Part shown: positions 30,936 to 40,904 of the stretch, piece after piece
How positions within the stretch are numbered: position 1 is the stretch's first letter
Layout: each line of letters opens with the position of its first letter
DNA from: Bacteroidota bacterium
GTDB lineage: Bacteria; Bacteroidota; Bacteroidia; Bacteroidales; FEN-979
Assembly: GCA_037137455.1 (NCBI GenBank)
Contig: JBAXKG010000003.1
Coordinates: 20,373-84,372, forward strand
Length of the DNA stretch: 64,000 nt
Direction of reading: 5' to 3'
Made by a program: the position numbers and the translations under genes
Notes under the pieces: generated by a model
Told to the model about the DNA's origin: nothing
Seen by the model: only the letters and a program-made list of their open reading frames with translations
Databases searched by the model: none

Positions 30936-31445
30936 TTATGAAGAAATCAATAACAAAATAATTGCAGCCATGGCTACAATCAAGGCAATTATGAGAAAAC
31001 GTTTTCTGTATTTTTTTATTTTCATGGTATTTATTGCCATCTCCTCACGTAATTTGACGGAATCGAGGATTTGCTTCAAAGTTTTTTCCAGATTAGGAAC
31101 AAGGTCATCGTCTTTGACTATAAAATCGACCGCGCCTTGTTTAAGCAAGGAGGTGGCTTCTCCAATGTCGGAATTGGATGTGAGCATCACTACCGGAAGA
31201 TTCTTGGTTATACGTCGGATAAATCGCAGAATTTTTTCACCGTTCATTGCAAAACCAAGAGGACTTTCAATAAAATAGTCGAGTAGAATAATATCGGGAT
31301 CATATTCCCATGACGAGATCATTTGTTCACCCGATCGGAAAGAATGAACGATGAAACCCTGATTTCGGAGAGAAACTGAAAGGGTTTCGGCAAACATTTC
31401 ATTATCTTCTACGAGGAAGATAGTAGCGCTATTATTTTTTTCCAT
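30936..31445 (-). CDS. Receiver-domain protein with C-terminal transmembrane anchor
   Basis: FLVEDN, ILLDY, MLTS, DFIVK; ends KKYRKRFLIIALIVAMAAIILLLISS. ATG at 31445 preferred over TTG at 31457. Confidence 0.88.
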   Translation of the reverse strand: MEKNNSATIFLVEDNEMFAETLSVSLRNQGFIVHSFRSGEQMISSWEYDPDIILLDYFIESPLGFAMNGEKILRFIRRITKNLPVVMLTSNSDIGEATSLLKQGAVDFIVKDDDLVPNLEKTLKQILDSVKLREEMAINTMKIKKYRKRFLIIALIVAMAAIILLLISS

Positions 31446-32616
31446 CTTTTTCTTCAATATTATCTAACAACAGCCGGTTATCAACCTGCATTCTGAGCGC
31501 TTTGTTTTTAAGCCTGCGACCCTTGAACCATTCTTTTATCAGCTTGTAAAGGGTCAAAAACTCTGAAAAAAGAATGACTTCAAGAAACAACAATGAAACC
31601 ACCAGTGCAAAGTGTTGTGAACGCAATAAAAACCCAGTTGTAATAATAACAATGTTCGCTGTATAGAGGATTTTTGCTGACCTTGGGTGGTTTAACCCGG
31701 TTTGCATGAGCAAATGATGGATATGGGTTTTATCGGGGCTGAAGGGTGATTTTTTATTAATTACCCTGCCGGTAAAAACCCGTAGGGTATCATAAACCGG
31801 GAGAAGGAAAATGCTAAAAACTATGATAGCCGCTTCGGTGTAATTAAAATAAGATGACTGTCCGCGGCTGAAGACCATCGTGACAATTCCTGCTGCTGAT
31901 AAAAGATAACCAAGGATCATGGAACCGGTATCACCCATAAATATCCTGGCAGGATGCCAGTTGTATTTCAGGAATGCCAGCAAAGCTCCGCCAGTTGAAG
32001 CAGTAATAAAGGCGACTCCCAATTCACCGGAAAGATAAAATATGATAAAAAAACCTGTCAAATCTATCAGAGCTAATCCTCCCGCCAGTCCATCAATACC
32101 ATCAATCAGGTTAAATGCATTGATAACACCGGCCACGATAAATACCGTAATAATATACTGGATTACAATGGGTAATTGGTTGATTCCGAAAATTCCGAAC
32201 ATGTTATCAATCAAAAGACCCGCGTGCGCCAGGAATAGAGCAGCAATCACCTGTCCAAGGAACTTTACTTTGGGTGGCAATTCGCGCAGATCATCGACAA
32301 TGCCAATAATCATGAGGATTAACAGTCCGGTTAACAAGTGAAGCAGGAAGTTGTTGTTTGTATAAAGAAACCACAAAGGGAAAGTTGATAATGTACCTGC
32401 AACAATTCCAAGTCCTCCCAACCGGCTTATCGGCACCTTATGCACTTTTCGTTCATTGGGTTTATCTACCAGGTTGTAGTGAATAGATAATTTGATGATT
32501 AAAGGAATCAGAACCAGGCAAATAATAAAGCTTCCTGCAAATGCAGCGAATAAAAAAAATATTTCATTTTCTCCGGCTGCCTGTTCGATTTTTTGCAATG
32601 AATCAGTCATGATCAT
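31432..32616 (-). CDS. WecA/TagO-like undecaprenyl-phosphate HexNAc-1-phosphate transferase (MraY family)
   Basis: DKPNERKVH, GIVDDL, NAFNLIDGIDGLA, FMGDTGS and PDKTHIHH. Confidence 0.93.
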   Translation of the reverse strand: MIMTDSLQKIEQAAGENEIFFLFAAFAGSFIICLVLIPLIIKLSIHYNLVDKPNERKVHKVPISRLGGLGIVAGTLSTFPLWFLYTNNNFLLHLLTGLLILMIIGIVDDLRELPPKVKFLGQVIAALFLAHAGLLIDNMFGIFGINQLPIVIQYIITVFIVAGVINAFNLIDGIDGLAGGLALIDLTGFFIIFYLSGELGVAFITASTGGALLAFLKYNWHPARIFMGDTGSMILGYLLSAAGIVTMVFSRGQSSYFNYTEAAIIVFSIFLLPVYDTLRVFTGRVINKKSPFSPDKTHIHHLLMQTGLNHPRSAKILYTANIVIITTGFLLRSQHFALVVSLLFLEVILFSEFLTLYKLIKEWFKGRRLKNKALRMQVDNRLLLDNIEEKDGKK

Positions 32617-32634
32617 AAACCAAATTTATAAGGT

Positions 32635-33402
32635 TTATATTTGGCGATTTACCCATTCAGGTGGCATGAATTGTTTGAATTTTGATGCATTTTTATTAAA
32701 AAGCGCGGTGAAGGATATTAATCCATTGATATGCATGGCCCTAACATCTTCAAGGCTTTTTCTGATAACATTTTTGATACTTTTATTACTTTCCCCTCCG
32801 AGACGCATTCGGATAAGGACCAAAGGTATATAAAAAGTGCTAACCCTGAAGCGGACCAGGAAACGGAGTATCGATTCATAATCGGCCGCTATTCTGAAAG
32901 TTGTGTTGAACCCGCCATATTTAATATAAACTTCACGTTTTACATAAAATGTAGGATGTGGAGGCATCCAGCCGGTAAGGGCACGCGCACGGGAAAACTT
33001 ACGGGAACGCCAGAAACGAACAATTTTATCTGTGTCCTGCTGATCGACATATACTAAATCACCATAAACAGAATCAACTTTGAATTTGATAAAGGCTTCA
33101 GCAATCATTTTTATTGTTTCAGTTGAAGCAAAGATATCATCGGAATGTAAAAAGCCGACAACATCGCCTGTGGCAAGCCCGATCCCTTTATTTAATGCAT
33201 CATAAAGCCCATTATCCTTTTCCGAAACAAAAGTCGCAACCCGATCTCCATATGATTGGATGATTTCACAAGTGCTGTCTTTTGATTTCCCATCCACAAT
33301 TATGTACTCAATATCTTTGTAGGACTGGCTCAAAACCGATTCGATCGTATCGCGCAGTGTTTTTTCACTATTATAGGTGATGGTAATGATCGATATTTTC
33401 AT
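32635..33402 (-). CDS. GT2 glycosyltransferase (WcaE-like), paralog of 10035-10799
   Basis: SIITITYNS, GLYDALNKG, LHSDD, PPHPTFY and MRLGGESN. Confidence 0.92.
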   Translation of the reverse strand: MKISIITITYNSEKTLRDTIESVLSQSYKDIEYIIVDGKSKDSTCEIIQSYGDRVATFVSEKDNGLYDALNKGIGLATGDVVGFLHSDDIFASTETIKMIAEAFIKFKVDSVYGDLVYVDQQDTDKIVRFWRSRKFSRARALTGWMPPHPTFYVKREVYIKYGGFNTTFRIAADYESILRFLVRFRVSTFYIPLVLIRMRLGGESNKSIKNVIRKSLEDVRAMHINGLISFTALFNKNASKFKQFMPPEWVNRQI

Positions 33403-33462
33403 GATACTGTAGGCATTGGATCTATGTTTGCAAGTTAGCAGAAAACCCTGATTAAAAATAAT

Positions 33463-34014
33463 TTATGCAACAATTACCCGCTCCTTAATCTTAACTGCCG
33501 GATTTCCCTGATAAATACTGTAAGGATCAAGATCACGGGTAGCGACCGAATTAACGGCAAGAACCGAGTGGGATTTACATTTTATTCCGGGACAAACTAT
33601 GCTGAATGCGCCGATCCATACTCCATCTTCCAGTGTAATTTCCCCGGTTATAAGGTCAAAGGTGCTTTTTTTAAAATTGTGATTTCCACATAATAACATG
33701 GCGCCTTGAGAAATACAACAGTTGCTGCCAATAACCACATTATCGAGATTATCTATCCATGAATTTTCGCCGATCCAGGTGTTATCGCCAACAATTAAAC
33801 GCCATGGATACTTGATATTGACACAGGGCTTGATATTGACTCCCTTCCCGACTTTTGCCCCGAAGGCCTTGAGCAATGCACATTTCATTGTGCTGGACGG
33901 AATCATTCCCGATTTAAAAAAAAGCACATTCACATAATACCAGCACAATCGCTTCAGTGCGTTGGCCCCGGGCTTGTATTGACTGTTATCATATCGGGAA
34001 ATTTCTGTGATCAT
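33463..34014 (-). CDS. wcaF: WcaF-like polysaccharide acetyltransferase
   Basis: FGAKVGKGVNIKP-x-VNIKYPWRL, WIDNL, SQGAMLLCGNH and GNPA. Confidence 0.9.
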   Translation of the reverse strand: MITEISRYDNSQYKPGANALKRLCWYYVNVLFFKSGMIPSSTMKCALLKAFGAKVGKGVNIKPCVNIKYPWRLIVGDNTWIGENSWIDNLDNVVIGSNCCISQGAMLLCGNHNFKKSTFDLITGEITLEDGVWIGAFSIVCPGIKCKSHSVLAVNSVATRDLDPYSIYQGNPAVKIKERVIVA

Positions 34015-34016
34015 GA

Positions 34017-35156
34017 TTATAAATTGAAAAGATTAATGTTTTCTGCAAGCATTTCAGGATTTGCAATATATGATTTGGCATATGCGAATGCATTATCGGA
34101 ATAGGTGGCAAATGCATTTTGGTCAAGAGCGGCAAAAAAATCAATCGCTTCTTTAAACCGGCCAGGGTTTTCAAGGGGAATATCCATTCCTATCCCCGAC
34201 TTCTCGAGATCCCTCCATGGTGTACGGTCGCTGATTATTACCGGGCACCCGGCCATGAAGCTTTCTAAAATCGTATGTCCGAAGTTTTCACCGGTTGTAG
34301 GTAAAAGCATCACATCAAATCCCTGCAGTTCTTCAAGGATTTTTTCACTCGGAATGCTTCCGCGATAAGTAACGGTTACGTTCGCCGGCATAGCGCCGAT
34401 AATCTCTTTACATTCATTCCAGTAAGCCTCATCATATACCGGCCCGATAATATCATACCGGATTTCGTAGTTTCTGCACTGGTTCAGAATTTCAAGTGCA
34501 TACAACTGGTTCTTTTCAGGCGAGATACGAGCCACGGTTACCATGGTTAATTTGCCTGCGGTTTTCTGCTTGCGAATAGGAGGTCGTGAGACTTTTCTCG
34601 GCAATTCCCGGGCTTCAGCGATTTTGATATTTTCACCAATATGTGCCCTGATATCGGAAGTTTCGTGGGCTATAACAGAATGAAACACCGTTCCATGATA
34701 AAACCTGATCATTTTCATCAGGGTAAGGAAACTTTTTTTTCTGAATGATTTCACTCCAAGCGCCCCCTGTCCGAGAACCCCATGCGAAGCAATGATAATA
34801 CTTTTATGCCGATCTATTTTGGCTAATAACAGGGGTAAAAAAGAAAACCAAAAACCGAAAAGGAGGTGAATATAAACCACATCATATTTCCTTTCATTCA
34901 ATAACCGATTGAACAGTCCAATCTTGTGGTTAGCCGCAGAGACATAAAAGACATTTACATTCGGGGAAATCACATTCCACCGATCAGGAATTATTTCCGG
35001 GTAAGGGATAGATTCAGTGTAATCGGTATCGCTGGTTACAATATAGAATTCAAAATTATCCTTCAAATAGTCAACCTGGTTCATAAAAGCCCGAATGGTG
35101 CCACCTGCCTTGTATCCCGGCCAATAATAATCGGTAAACGAAAGGATCTTCTTCAT
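34017..35156 (-). CDS. GT4 glycosyltransferase
   Basis: PGYKAGG, RISPEKN and ENFGHTILESFMAGCPVIISD. Confidence 0.92.
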   Translation of the reverse strand: MKKILSFTDYYWPGYKAGGTIRAFMNQVDYLKDNFEFYIVTSDTDYTESIPYPEIIPDRWNVISPNVNVFYVSAANHKIGLFNRLLNERKYDVVYIHLLFGFWFSFLPLLLAKIDRHKSIIIASHGVLGQGALGVKSFRKKSFLTLMKMIRFYHGTVFHSVIAHETSDIRAHIGENIKIAEARELPRKVSRPPIRKQKTAGKLTMVTVARISPEKNQLYALEILNQCRNYEIRYDIIGPVYDEAYWNECKEIIGAMPANVTVTYRGSIPSEKILEELQGFDVMLLPTTGENFGHTILESFMAGCPVIISDRTPWRDLEKSGIGMDIPLENPGRFKEAIDFFAALDQNAFATYSDNAFAYAKSYIANPEMLAENINLFNL

Positions 35157-35157
35157 G

Positions 35158-36150
35158 TCATTCTTTTAATAATTGCTCGTAGATGGTGGCAAATTGCATC
35201 CCGATTTCTTCGGGTTGGAATCGTTTAACATTTTTAAACCCTTTAATAATCAAAGTGTTTCGCAGCGTGGAATCGTTTATAAGCTGGATTACAGCTTCCC
35301 TGATCGCTTCAGTATTTTCAACATCAATAACCATGGCAGCATCGCCAGCAACTTCAGGCAGCGAGGTATTATTGCCGGTGATCACCGGTCTGCCGATGGC
35401 ATTGGCTTCAAGAATTGGCAATCCAAATCCCTCATACAGGGAAGCAAAGAGAACGATATCGGCGTTGCGATAGTGATCCAGCACCTCATTGTATGGCAGG
35501 TTGAAAAAGTTTTCATATCTGATACCGTATTTTGTTAGCAATGCAGTATGTTCGTCGGTTAATTTTCCAATGATTACAAGTTTCAAATTGAGTCCTTCCA
35601 ACGCCGGAATAACGCGGTGAAGATTTTTATTAGGGGTTGTGCCAATTTGAATGATCACCGGGCATGCATCATTAAACTCACGTGGAAAAGGCTTAATATC
35701 TGAAGAAATGCAATCATGAACCACCAAAATTTTTTCGGCATTTATCCCGGTTTTCTGGATCAATTCCTGTTTGATGAATTCAGATATAACGGTTATGTAC
35801 CTGACTCGCATAGCAGGCATAGTAAACCAGAAAAACTTCAGCACCGCAAGCCGCAAGCCCCCGCCCGAAGAAAGAATGCGCAGATCGTGAATGGTCAGGA
35901 TGGTTTTTCGTTTTTTCATGAAAACAGCGATATAATGAACATCGCCGGTAATATGATTCACTTCAGCCTGATGGAAGGCGGAATCAATAGCGTTGAAAAT
36001 CCTTTTCCACAAACCAATGCTGTTGTGCTTCATCACATAACGTGAAGAGCCAACCTGTGCAGGGAGTGCGGCGATGATTGTATCGAAAAGCTCTTCAATA
36101 CTATGATGCCAGGGGGCATTGGCTTTACGAAAAAAAAATACAGTTCGCAT
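35158..36150 (-). CDS. GT4 glycosyltransferase
   Basis: LTIHD, NKNL and [19 protein letters not shown]. Confidence 0.92.
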   Translation of the reverse strand: MRTVFFFRKANAPWHHSIEELFDTIIAALPAQVGSSRYVMKHNSIGLWKRIFNAIDSAFHQAEVNHITGDVHYIAVFMKKRKTILTIHDLRILSSGGGLRLAVLKFFWFTMPAMRVRYITVISEFIKQELIQKTGINAEKILVVHDCISSDIKPFPREFNDACPVIIQIGTTPNKNLHRVIPALEGLNLKLVIIGKLTDEHTALLTKYGIRYENFFNLPYNEVLDHYRNADIVLFASLYEGFGLPILEANAIGRPVITGNNTSLPEVAGDAAMVIDVENTEAIREAVIQLINDSTLRNTLIIKGFKNVKRFQPEEIGMQFATIYEQLLKE

Positions 36151-36200
36151 GAGATGACTTCAATCTGAGTTCAATAACATTCAGAAGGTTATACATCAAT

Positions 36201-36641
36201 TTAATCGTTGTCCATTAAAAATTTTTTTATCTTGGAAAAAGCTTTTTTTACCGGAGTGTTGTCAGACTTATTCTTCATCTCAGACTCTATTTCCTTTAAA
36301 ACAGGCAGAAGATTTTCAAAAGCCTTTTCATCTTTTTTAATATACTCACGGGCTCCTTGCTTAATTGATTGCACAGCCAGTTTAACATTTTTTTGCCCCG
36401 ACATGAAGATGACCCGGAGGTCGGGTTTATATGCCCTGATTTTTTGTAAAACCTCCACTCCGTTTACCATCCCAAGTTGCTGATCCATAATAATTACATC
36501 CGGAACTCTTTCTTCGTATACCTGAAGAAGGCATTCCAGTCCGTTATCCACATGTTTTATTTCATCATATCCCTCATTTTTCAATAATTCAATGAGCATT
36601 GTTGCATAAAAGGGATCATCCTCAACCAGGAGTATAAACAT
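36201..36641 (-). CDS. Stand-alone receiver-domain protein (first gene of the polysaccharide locus)
   Basis: LLVEDD, IIMDQ, FMSG, EYIKK; no output domain; short basic amphipathic C-terminus. Confidence 0.9.
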   Translation of the reverse strand: MFILLVEDDPFYATMLIELLKNEGYDEIKHVDNGLECLLQVYEERVPDVIIMDQQLGMVNGVEVLQKIRAYKPDLRVIFMSGQKNVKLAVQSIKQGAREYIKKDEKAFENLLPVLKEIESEMKNKSDNTPVKKAFSKIKKFLMDND

Positions 36642-36682
36642 GGCTCTGAATTTTATTGGTTAGCAAGATAAATATTTTTCAC

Positions 36683-36690
36683 TACTTTTG
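36683..36690 (+). promoter_or_regulatory. -7 box (TACTTTTG), candidate promoter of the hybrid kinase
   Basis: Exact TAnnTTTG match on the plus strand in the divergent spacer. Confidence 0.4.
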
Positions 36691-36705
36691 ATGAAGAACT
36701 TTACA

Positions 36706-36713
36706 CAAAGTTA
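36706..36713 (-). promoter_or_regulatory. -7 box (TAACTTTG), candidate promoter of the polysaccharide locus
   Basis: Exact TAnnTTTG match on the minus strand in the divergent spacer. Confidence 0.45.
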
Positions 36714-36787
36714 ATACTTTTTGATACGGATAATGAACCCCTTGCAATATAACCATCCAAAGAAATATTAATCTTTCAAAAATTATT

Positions 36788-39700
36788 ATGGAAAAGGACA
36801 TACAAAAGACTTTACTTGAATTGTCTTTTTCAATAGGAAGCAACGCCGAAAGTTCCAAATTTGACCTGGCCAAATACCTTCAAAACACACTTCCGGTATT
36901 TCTTGAAAAACTTGATCTAAGCGGAGCCTGTGTATTGCAACTTGCTGATCATGGGTTTCAGGTTATATACGAACGAAGCCATGTTGAAAATCCGTGTTTC
37001 CCCATATCAGAAATTACAGAGAGACAATTCGTGAGATCTTCAGAATCCTCACATACTCAATCATATCAAATAATTAAGGAAATATTATTTCATCATATTT
37101 TTAATCTTGACAATTTTGGAGTTCTGATTCTTTCGGGCGAAAAGAAATTAACTTCTGACCTGCTTTTACAGTTACACCCGGTAATTTCCATGCTTGCCCA
37201 TGCATGTAATTTTTACTCCGGGATCAGTAAGCTAATGAAATCGGAAGAAAAGTTGAAGCAGGAACGTAATCTTTTTCACACCATTATTGATAACATACCT
37301 GATCCCATTTATGTAAAGGACCTCGATGGGCGAAAAATCCTCCTCAATAAAGCAGAGGCTGATCTGCTTGGAGTAGCTTCAATTGATGCGGCAATTGGCA
37401 AAACCGATGAAGATTTTTATCCCGTGGAGATAGCTGAAAAAACCAGGTTGGAAGACAAACGGATCCTTGACCTTAAAACGCCAATGATTCATGAAGAGGG
37501 CAGGCTTATTACCCGGACTGGGGAAGAGCTGTGGTTTGAAGGAAATAAAATTCCATTTTTTGACGAAAATGGTGAGGTTTTGGGAATTGTGGGGATAAGC
37601 CATAACATTACAAACCGTAAGAAAGCAGAAAAAGAAATCCAGGAGAGTGAAGAAAAACTGGGTAAACTTCTTCACCTGCAAAACCTGTTAACACAATTGG
37701 CAACAGAATTTATTAATATTCCCGTTGAAAACAGTGATGAAGCAGTAAACAGGCTGCTTACGATTATTGGTGAGCAAAACCAGATAGACCGGGTTTATAT
37801 TTTCAGCTACGATTTCGAGTCCAAAACCATGTCGAACACACATGAATGGTGTGCCGAAGGGGTTAGTCCTGAGATTGACAATCTTCAAATAATACCTCAC
37901 TCTTTACTGCCTTCCTGGGTTGAAACACATTTAAAAGGAGAGATTCTGACAGTTCCTGATGTTAGCGAATTGCCCGTGGATGGCGTTTTACGTCAGATAC
38001 TTGAACCACAAGGCATCAAGACGCTAATCACGGTTCCAATGATTTTAAATGGCGAGTGCCTTGGATTTGTCGGATTTGATTCAGTAAGAATAGTAAAACA
38101 ATGGAGTGGGGAAGAAATTACTTTTCTCCGTTTGTTAGCCGATTTGCTTTGCAATGTCGTTGACCGGAAACGAACCGAAAAGACGCTTGTTACGCGTGAG
38201 GCATATCTAAAGTCGATATTTGACAATGTTCCTTACCTGATGTGGCTGAAAGACACAGAAGGCCGGTATTTGATTGTTAACCAGCCATTTCTTGATTATT
38301 TTAGTTTTACGATTCATGATTATCCGATTGGTAAAACGGCCCATGACCTATGGTTGTCAAATATTTCACAAAATTTTGTCGATCAGGACAATGAAGTATT
38401 AAAAACACGAAAATTAAAGGTTGTTGAGGAACAGGTTGACTTTCATGGAAAAATGGTCTGGTTCGAAATTTTCAGGGCGCCAATAATAGATCCTAATGGC
38501 AAGCTTCTTGGAACAACTGGCATTGCGCGTGATATCACCAGCAGGATCATGGCTGACCATGAATTAAAAAAAGCCACAGAGGCTGCTGAATCTTCAAATA
38601 TTGCTAAAACCCGTTTCCTTGCAAATATGAGTCACGAAATACGTACTCCCCTCAATGCAATTACCGGCATGATCAGGCTGTTTCGTGAAACCTCTCTCGA
38701 TCCGTCACAATTGAAATTGCTTGGCAATATGAATACGGCATCGGAAAACCTGTTGACTGTTATTAATGATATCCTGGATTTCTCAAAAATTGAATCAGGA
38801 CAGATTACTCTTGATAGAACAGACTTTAATATTAATGAGTTATGTCGCAGGGTATATGATGCCAATGAATACCGGGCAGAGGGAAAAAACATTAAACTGC
38901 AATATTCAGTTGACCCTGCCATTCCTGAGTTTTTAAAAGGAGATCCGGTTCGTCTTCATCAGGTTCTAAATAACCTTGTTAGTAATGCAATTAAATTTAC
39001 CAATGAAGGCGGGGTTGAAATGCATTTTAAACTTATTGGAGAGGACAAAAATATCAGTACAATTCTTTTCGTGGTAGAGGATACAGGAATCGGCATAAGT
39101 CCGGAAAACCAAAAGAGAATATTTAACAGTTTCCAGCAGGAGGATGAAAGCATCACACGTACTTACGGGGGAACCGGTCTGGGTTTGCCCATCAGCAAGC
39201 AATTGGTGGAGCTCATGGGAGGCGAACTTAGCCTTGAGAGTACCAAGCACAAAGGCAGCAGCTTTTTCTTTACACTTAACATCCCAAATGGATCGGCCGT
39301 CGGATGTGAAATTGAAAAACCTGCAGTTGAACCCGGATCAGCGAATTTAACCGGATATAGGATTTTGTTGGTTGAAGATAATAAATTCAACCAGTTTATT
39401 GCTCAGTCTATTCTTGAAAAGTGGGGTGGGGCGGTGATGATCGCCGAAGATGGCCAACAGGCTGTAGATAATCTTTCTTCCGGCAAATTTGACTTGATAT
39501 TGATGGATATTCAGATGCCGGTAATGGATGGTTTAACTGCGGCTAAAATTATCAGGAACAAACTCAATTTGCAAACTCCTATACTTGCGCTTACGGCCAA
39601 CGTAGTGAAAGGGATTGTAGAAAGATGTGAAGAGGCCGGCATGCAGGGTTATATTTCAAAGCCATTTGATGAAAATGAACTTTACACGAAAATCATGGCG

Positions 39701-40099
39701 GTAATTGGTAAAAATCAGGGATATGATGAATCAGCCCCTCTGATTTCGCCTGAAGTTATAGTTGCCGACACATCCAGGTTATCAAAAATGGTTGGTAATG
39801 ATAAGTCGATGCTGAATAGAATGATTCTCAAGTTTCTTGAGGTTACTCCTGCATATATGAACGAATTATCTGATGCAGCTGTGAACAATGATCCTGATGC
39901 TATAAGCCGGATGTCGCATAAAATAAAATCGAGCGTTGACCTTGTTTCAACTGACAAAGTTCGCGACCTTATTAAACAGATCAATGAAAAAAGTAAATCG
40001 CCCGGGGAGATCGAAAATCTTCGTGAAATGATTAAAGAATTTTCCATGCAATTTGAATTATTGGTCAGGCAGCTGAATGATGTTGTCAACATGAGTTAA
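36788..40099 (+). CDS. Cytoplasmic hybrid histidine kinase (PAS-GAF-PAS-HisKA-HATPase-REC-Hpt)
   Basis: PAS IDNIPDPIYVKD, GAF SNTHEWC, SHEIRTPLN, NLVSNAIKFT, GGTGLGL, LMDIQMP and Hpt SHKIKSS; no TM segment seen. Confidence 0.94.
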   Translation: MEKDIQKTLLELSFSIGSNAESSKFDLAKYLQNTLPVFLEKLDLSGACVLQLADHGFQVIYERSHVENPCFPISEITERQFVRSSESSHTQSYQIIKEILFHHIFNLDNFGVLILSGEKKLTSDLLLQLHPVISMLAHACNFYSGISKLMKSEEKLKQERNLFHTIIDNIPDPIYVKDLDGRKILLNKAEADLLGVASIDAAIGKTDEDFYPVEIAEKTRLEDKRILDLKTPMIHEEGRLITRTGEELWFEGNKIPFFDENGEVLGIVGISHNITNRKKAEKEIQESEEKLGKLLHLQNLLTQLATEFINIPVENSDEAVNRLLTIIGEQNQIDRVYIFSYDFESKTMSNTHEWCAEGVSPEIDNLQIIPHSLLPSWVETHLKGEILTVPDVSELPVDGVLRQILEPQGIKTLITVPMILNGECLGFVGFDSVRIVKQWSGEEITFLRLLADLLCNVVDRKRTEKTLVTREAYLKSIFDNVPYLMWLKDTEGRYLIVNQPFLDYFSFTIHDYPIGKTAHDLWLSNISQNFVDQDNEVLKTRKLKVVEEQVDFHGKMVWFEIFRAPIIDPNGKLLGTTGIARDITSRIMADHELKKATEAAESSNIAKTRFLANMSHEIRTPLNAITGMIRLFRETSLDPSQLKLLGNMNTASENLLTVINDILDFSKIESGQITLDRTDFNINELCRRVYDANEYRAEGKNIKLQYSVDPAIPEFLKGDPVRLHQVLNNLVSNAIKFTNEGGVEMHFKLIGEDKNISTILFVVEDTGIGISPENQKRIFNSFQQEDESITRTYGGTGLGLPISKQLVELMGGELSLESTKHKGSSFFFTLNIPNGSAVGCEIEKPAVEPGSANLTGYRILLVEDNKFNQFIAQSILEKWGGAVMIAEDGQQAVDNLSSGKFDLILMDIQMPVMDGLTAAKIIRNKLNLQTPILALTANVVKGIVERCEEAGMQGYISKPFDENELYTKIMAVIGKNQGYDESAPLISPEVIVADTSRLSKMVGNDKSMLNRMILKFLEVTPAYMNELSDAAVNNDPDAISRMSHKIKSSVDLVSTDKVRDLIKQINEKSKSPGEIENLREMIKEFSMQFELLVRQLNDVVNMS

Positions 40100-40121
40100 T
40101 TTACAGAAGGGTCTTGAAATC

Positions 40122-40904
40122 ATGTATGGCTTAGATTTTATATTTTACAAGACATTCCTGCAATTCGTGATGCCACTGGGAGTGGCATTTATAGGATTTC
40201 TGACAGCTTTGATTTTCTTTTTTAAATGTAAAAGCAAAAGAACGGGTTTTATTTTGTTTATGAGTTCAATTGCATGGCTATGGCTCTGGAGTATGCCTTT
40301 GTGGAGTGATTTCATACGAAACAGATTAGAGTCGCAATTTAAATACCGGCCCGTTTCAACGTATCCTGAGGCAGATGCAATTGTCGTATTGGGAGGCGGA
40401 ATAAGGGGATATGCAGGATCAGCAATGCCGTCACTTGACCTGAACGGGGCTGCAGACCGGGAATTGTTTGCAGCGCAGCTTTTTCATGCGGGCAAATCAC
40501 ATGTGGTTATTTTAAGCGGCGGAGCAGATCCGATAATCAGAACTGGTATTTCGGCCCTTGCCATGAAGGAATTTCTTTTAATTCTTGGAGTTCCGGGCGC
40601 ATCAATACGGATTGGTTCCGGTAGCAGGAACACCGTTGAAAATATGCAGGAGGTCGGGAAAATGATGAAAGAAATGAAAGGAGACTCAATCTTACTTGTA
40701 ACATCGGCCCTGCATATGCCACGCGCTGTTTGGCTTTTTGCCCGCAGCGGACTTCATGTGATACCGGCCCCTGCCGATTTTGAATCTATTCCTGTTCCAT
40801 TTCGATTAATCAGGTTACTGCCTGATGCTGAAGCATTGGGAAACAGCTCGCGTGCAGCAAAGGAGCTGATAGGATTATGGTCCTATAAACTTATCGGGTA
40901 TTAA
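40122..40904 (+). CDS. YdcF/ElyC/SanA (DUF218) family envelope protein
   Basis: Two N-terminal TM helices; AIVVLGGG, ILSGG, SRNTVEN, LVTSALHMPRA and KELIG. Confidence 0.92.
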   Translation: MYGLDFIFYKTFLQFVMPLGVAFIGFLTALIFFFKCKSKRTGFILFMSSIAWLWLWSMPLWSDFIRNRLESQFKYRPVSTYPEADAIVVLGGGIRGYAGSAMPSLDLNGAADRELFAAQLFHAGKSHVVILSGGADPIIRTGISALAMKEFLLILGVPGASIRIGSGSRNTVENMQEVGKMMKEMKGDSILLVTSALHMPRAVWLFARSGLHVIPAPADFESIPVPFRLIRLLPDAEALGNSSRAAKELIGLWSYKLIGY

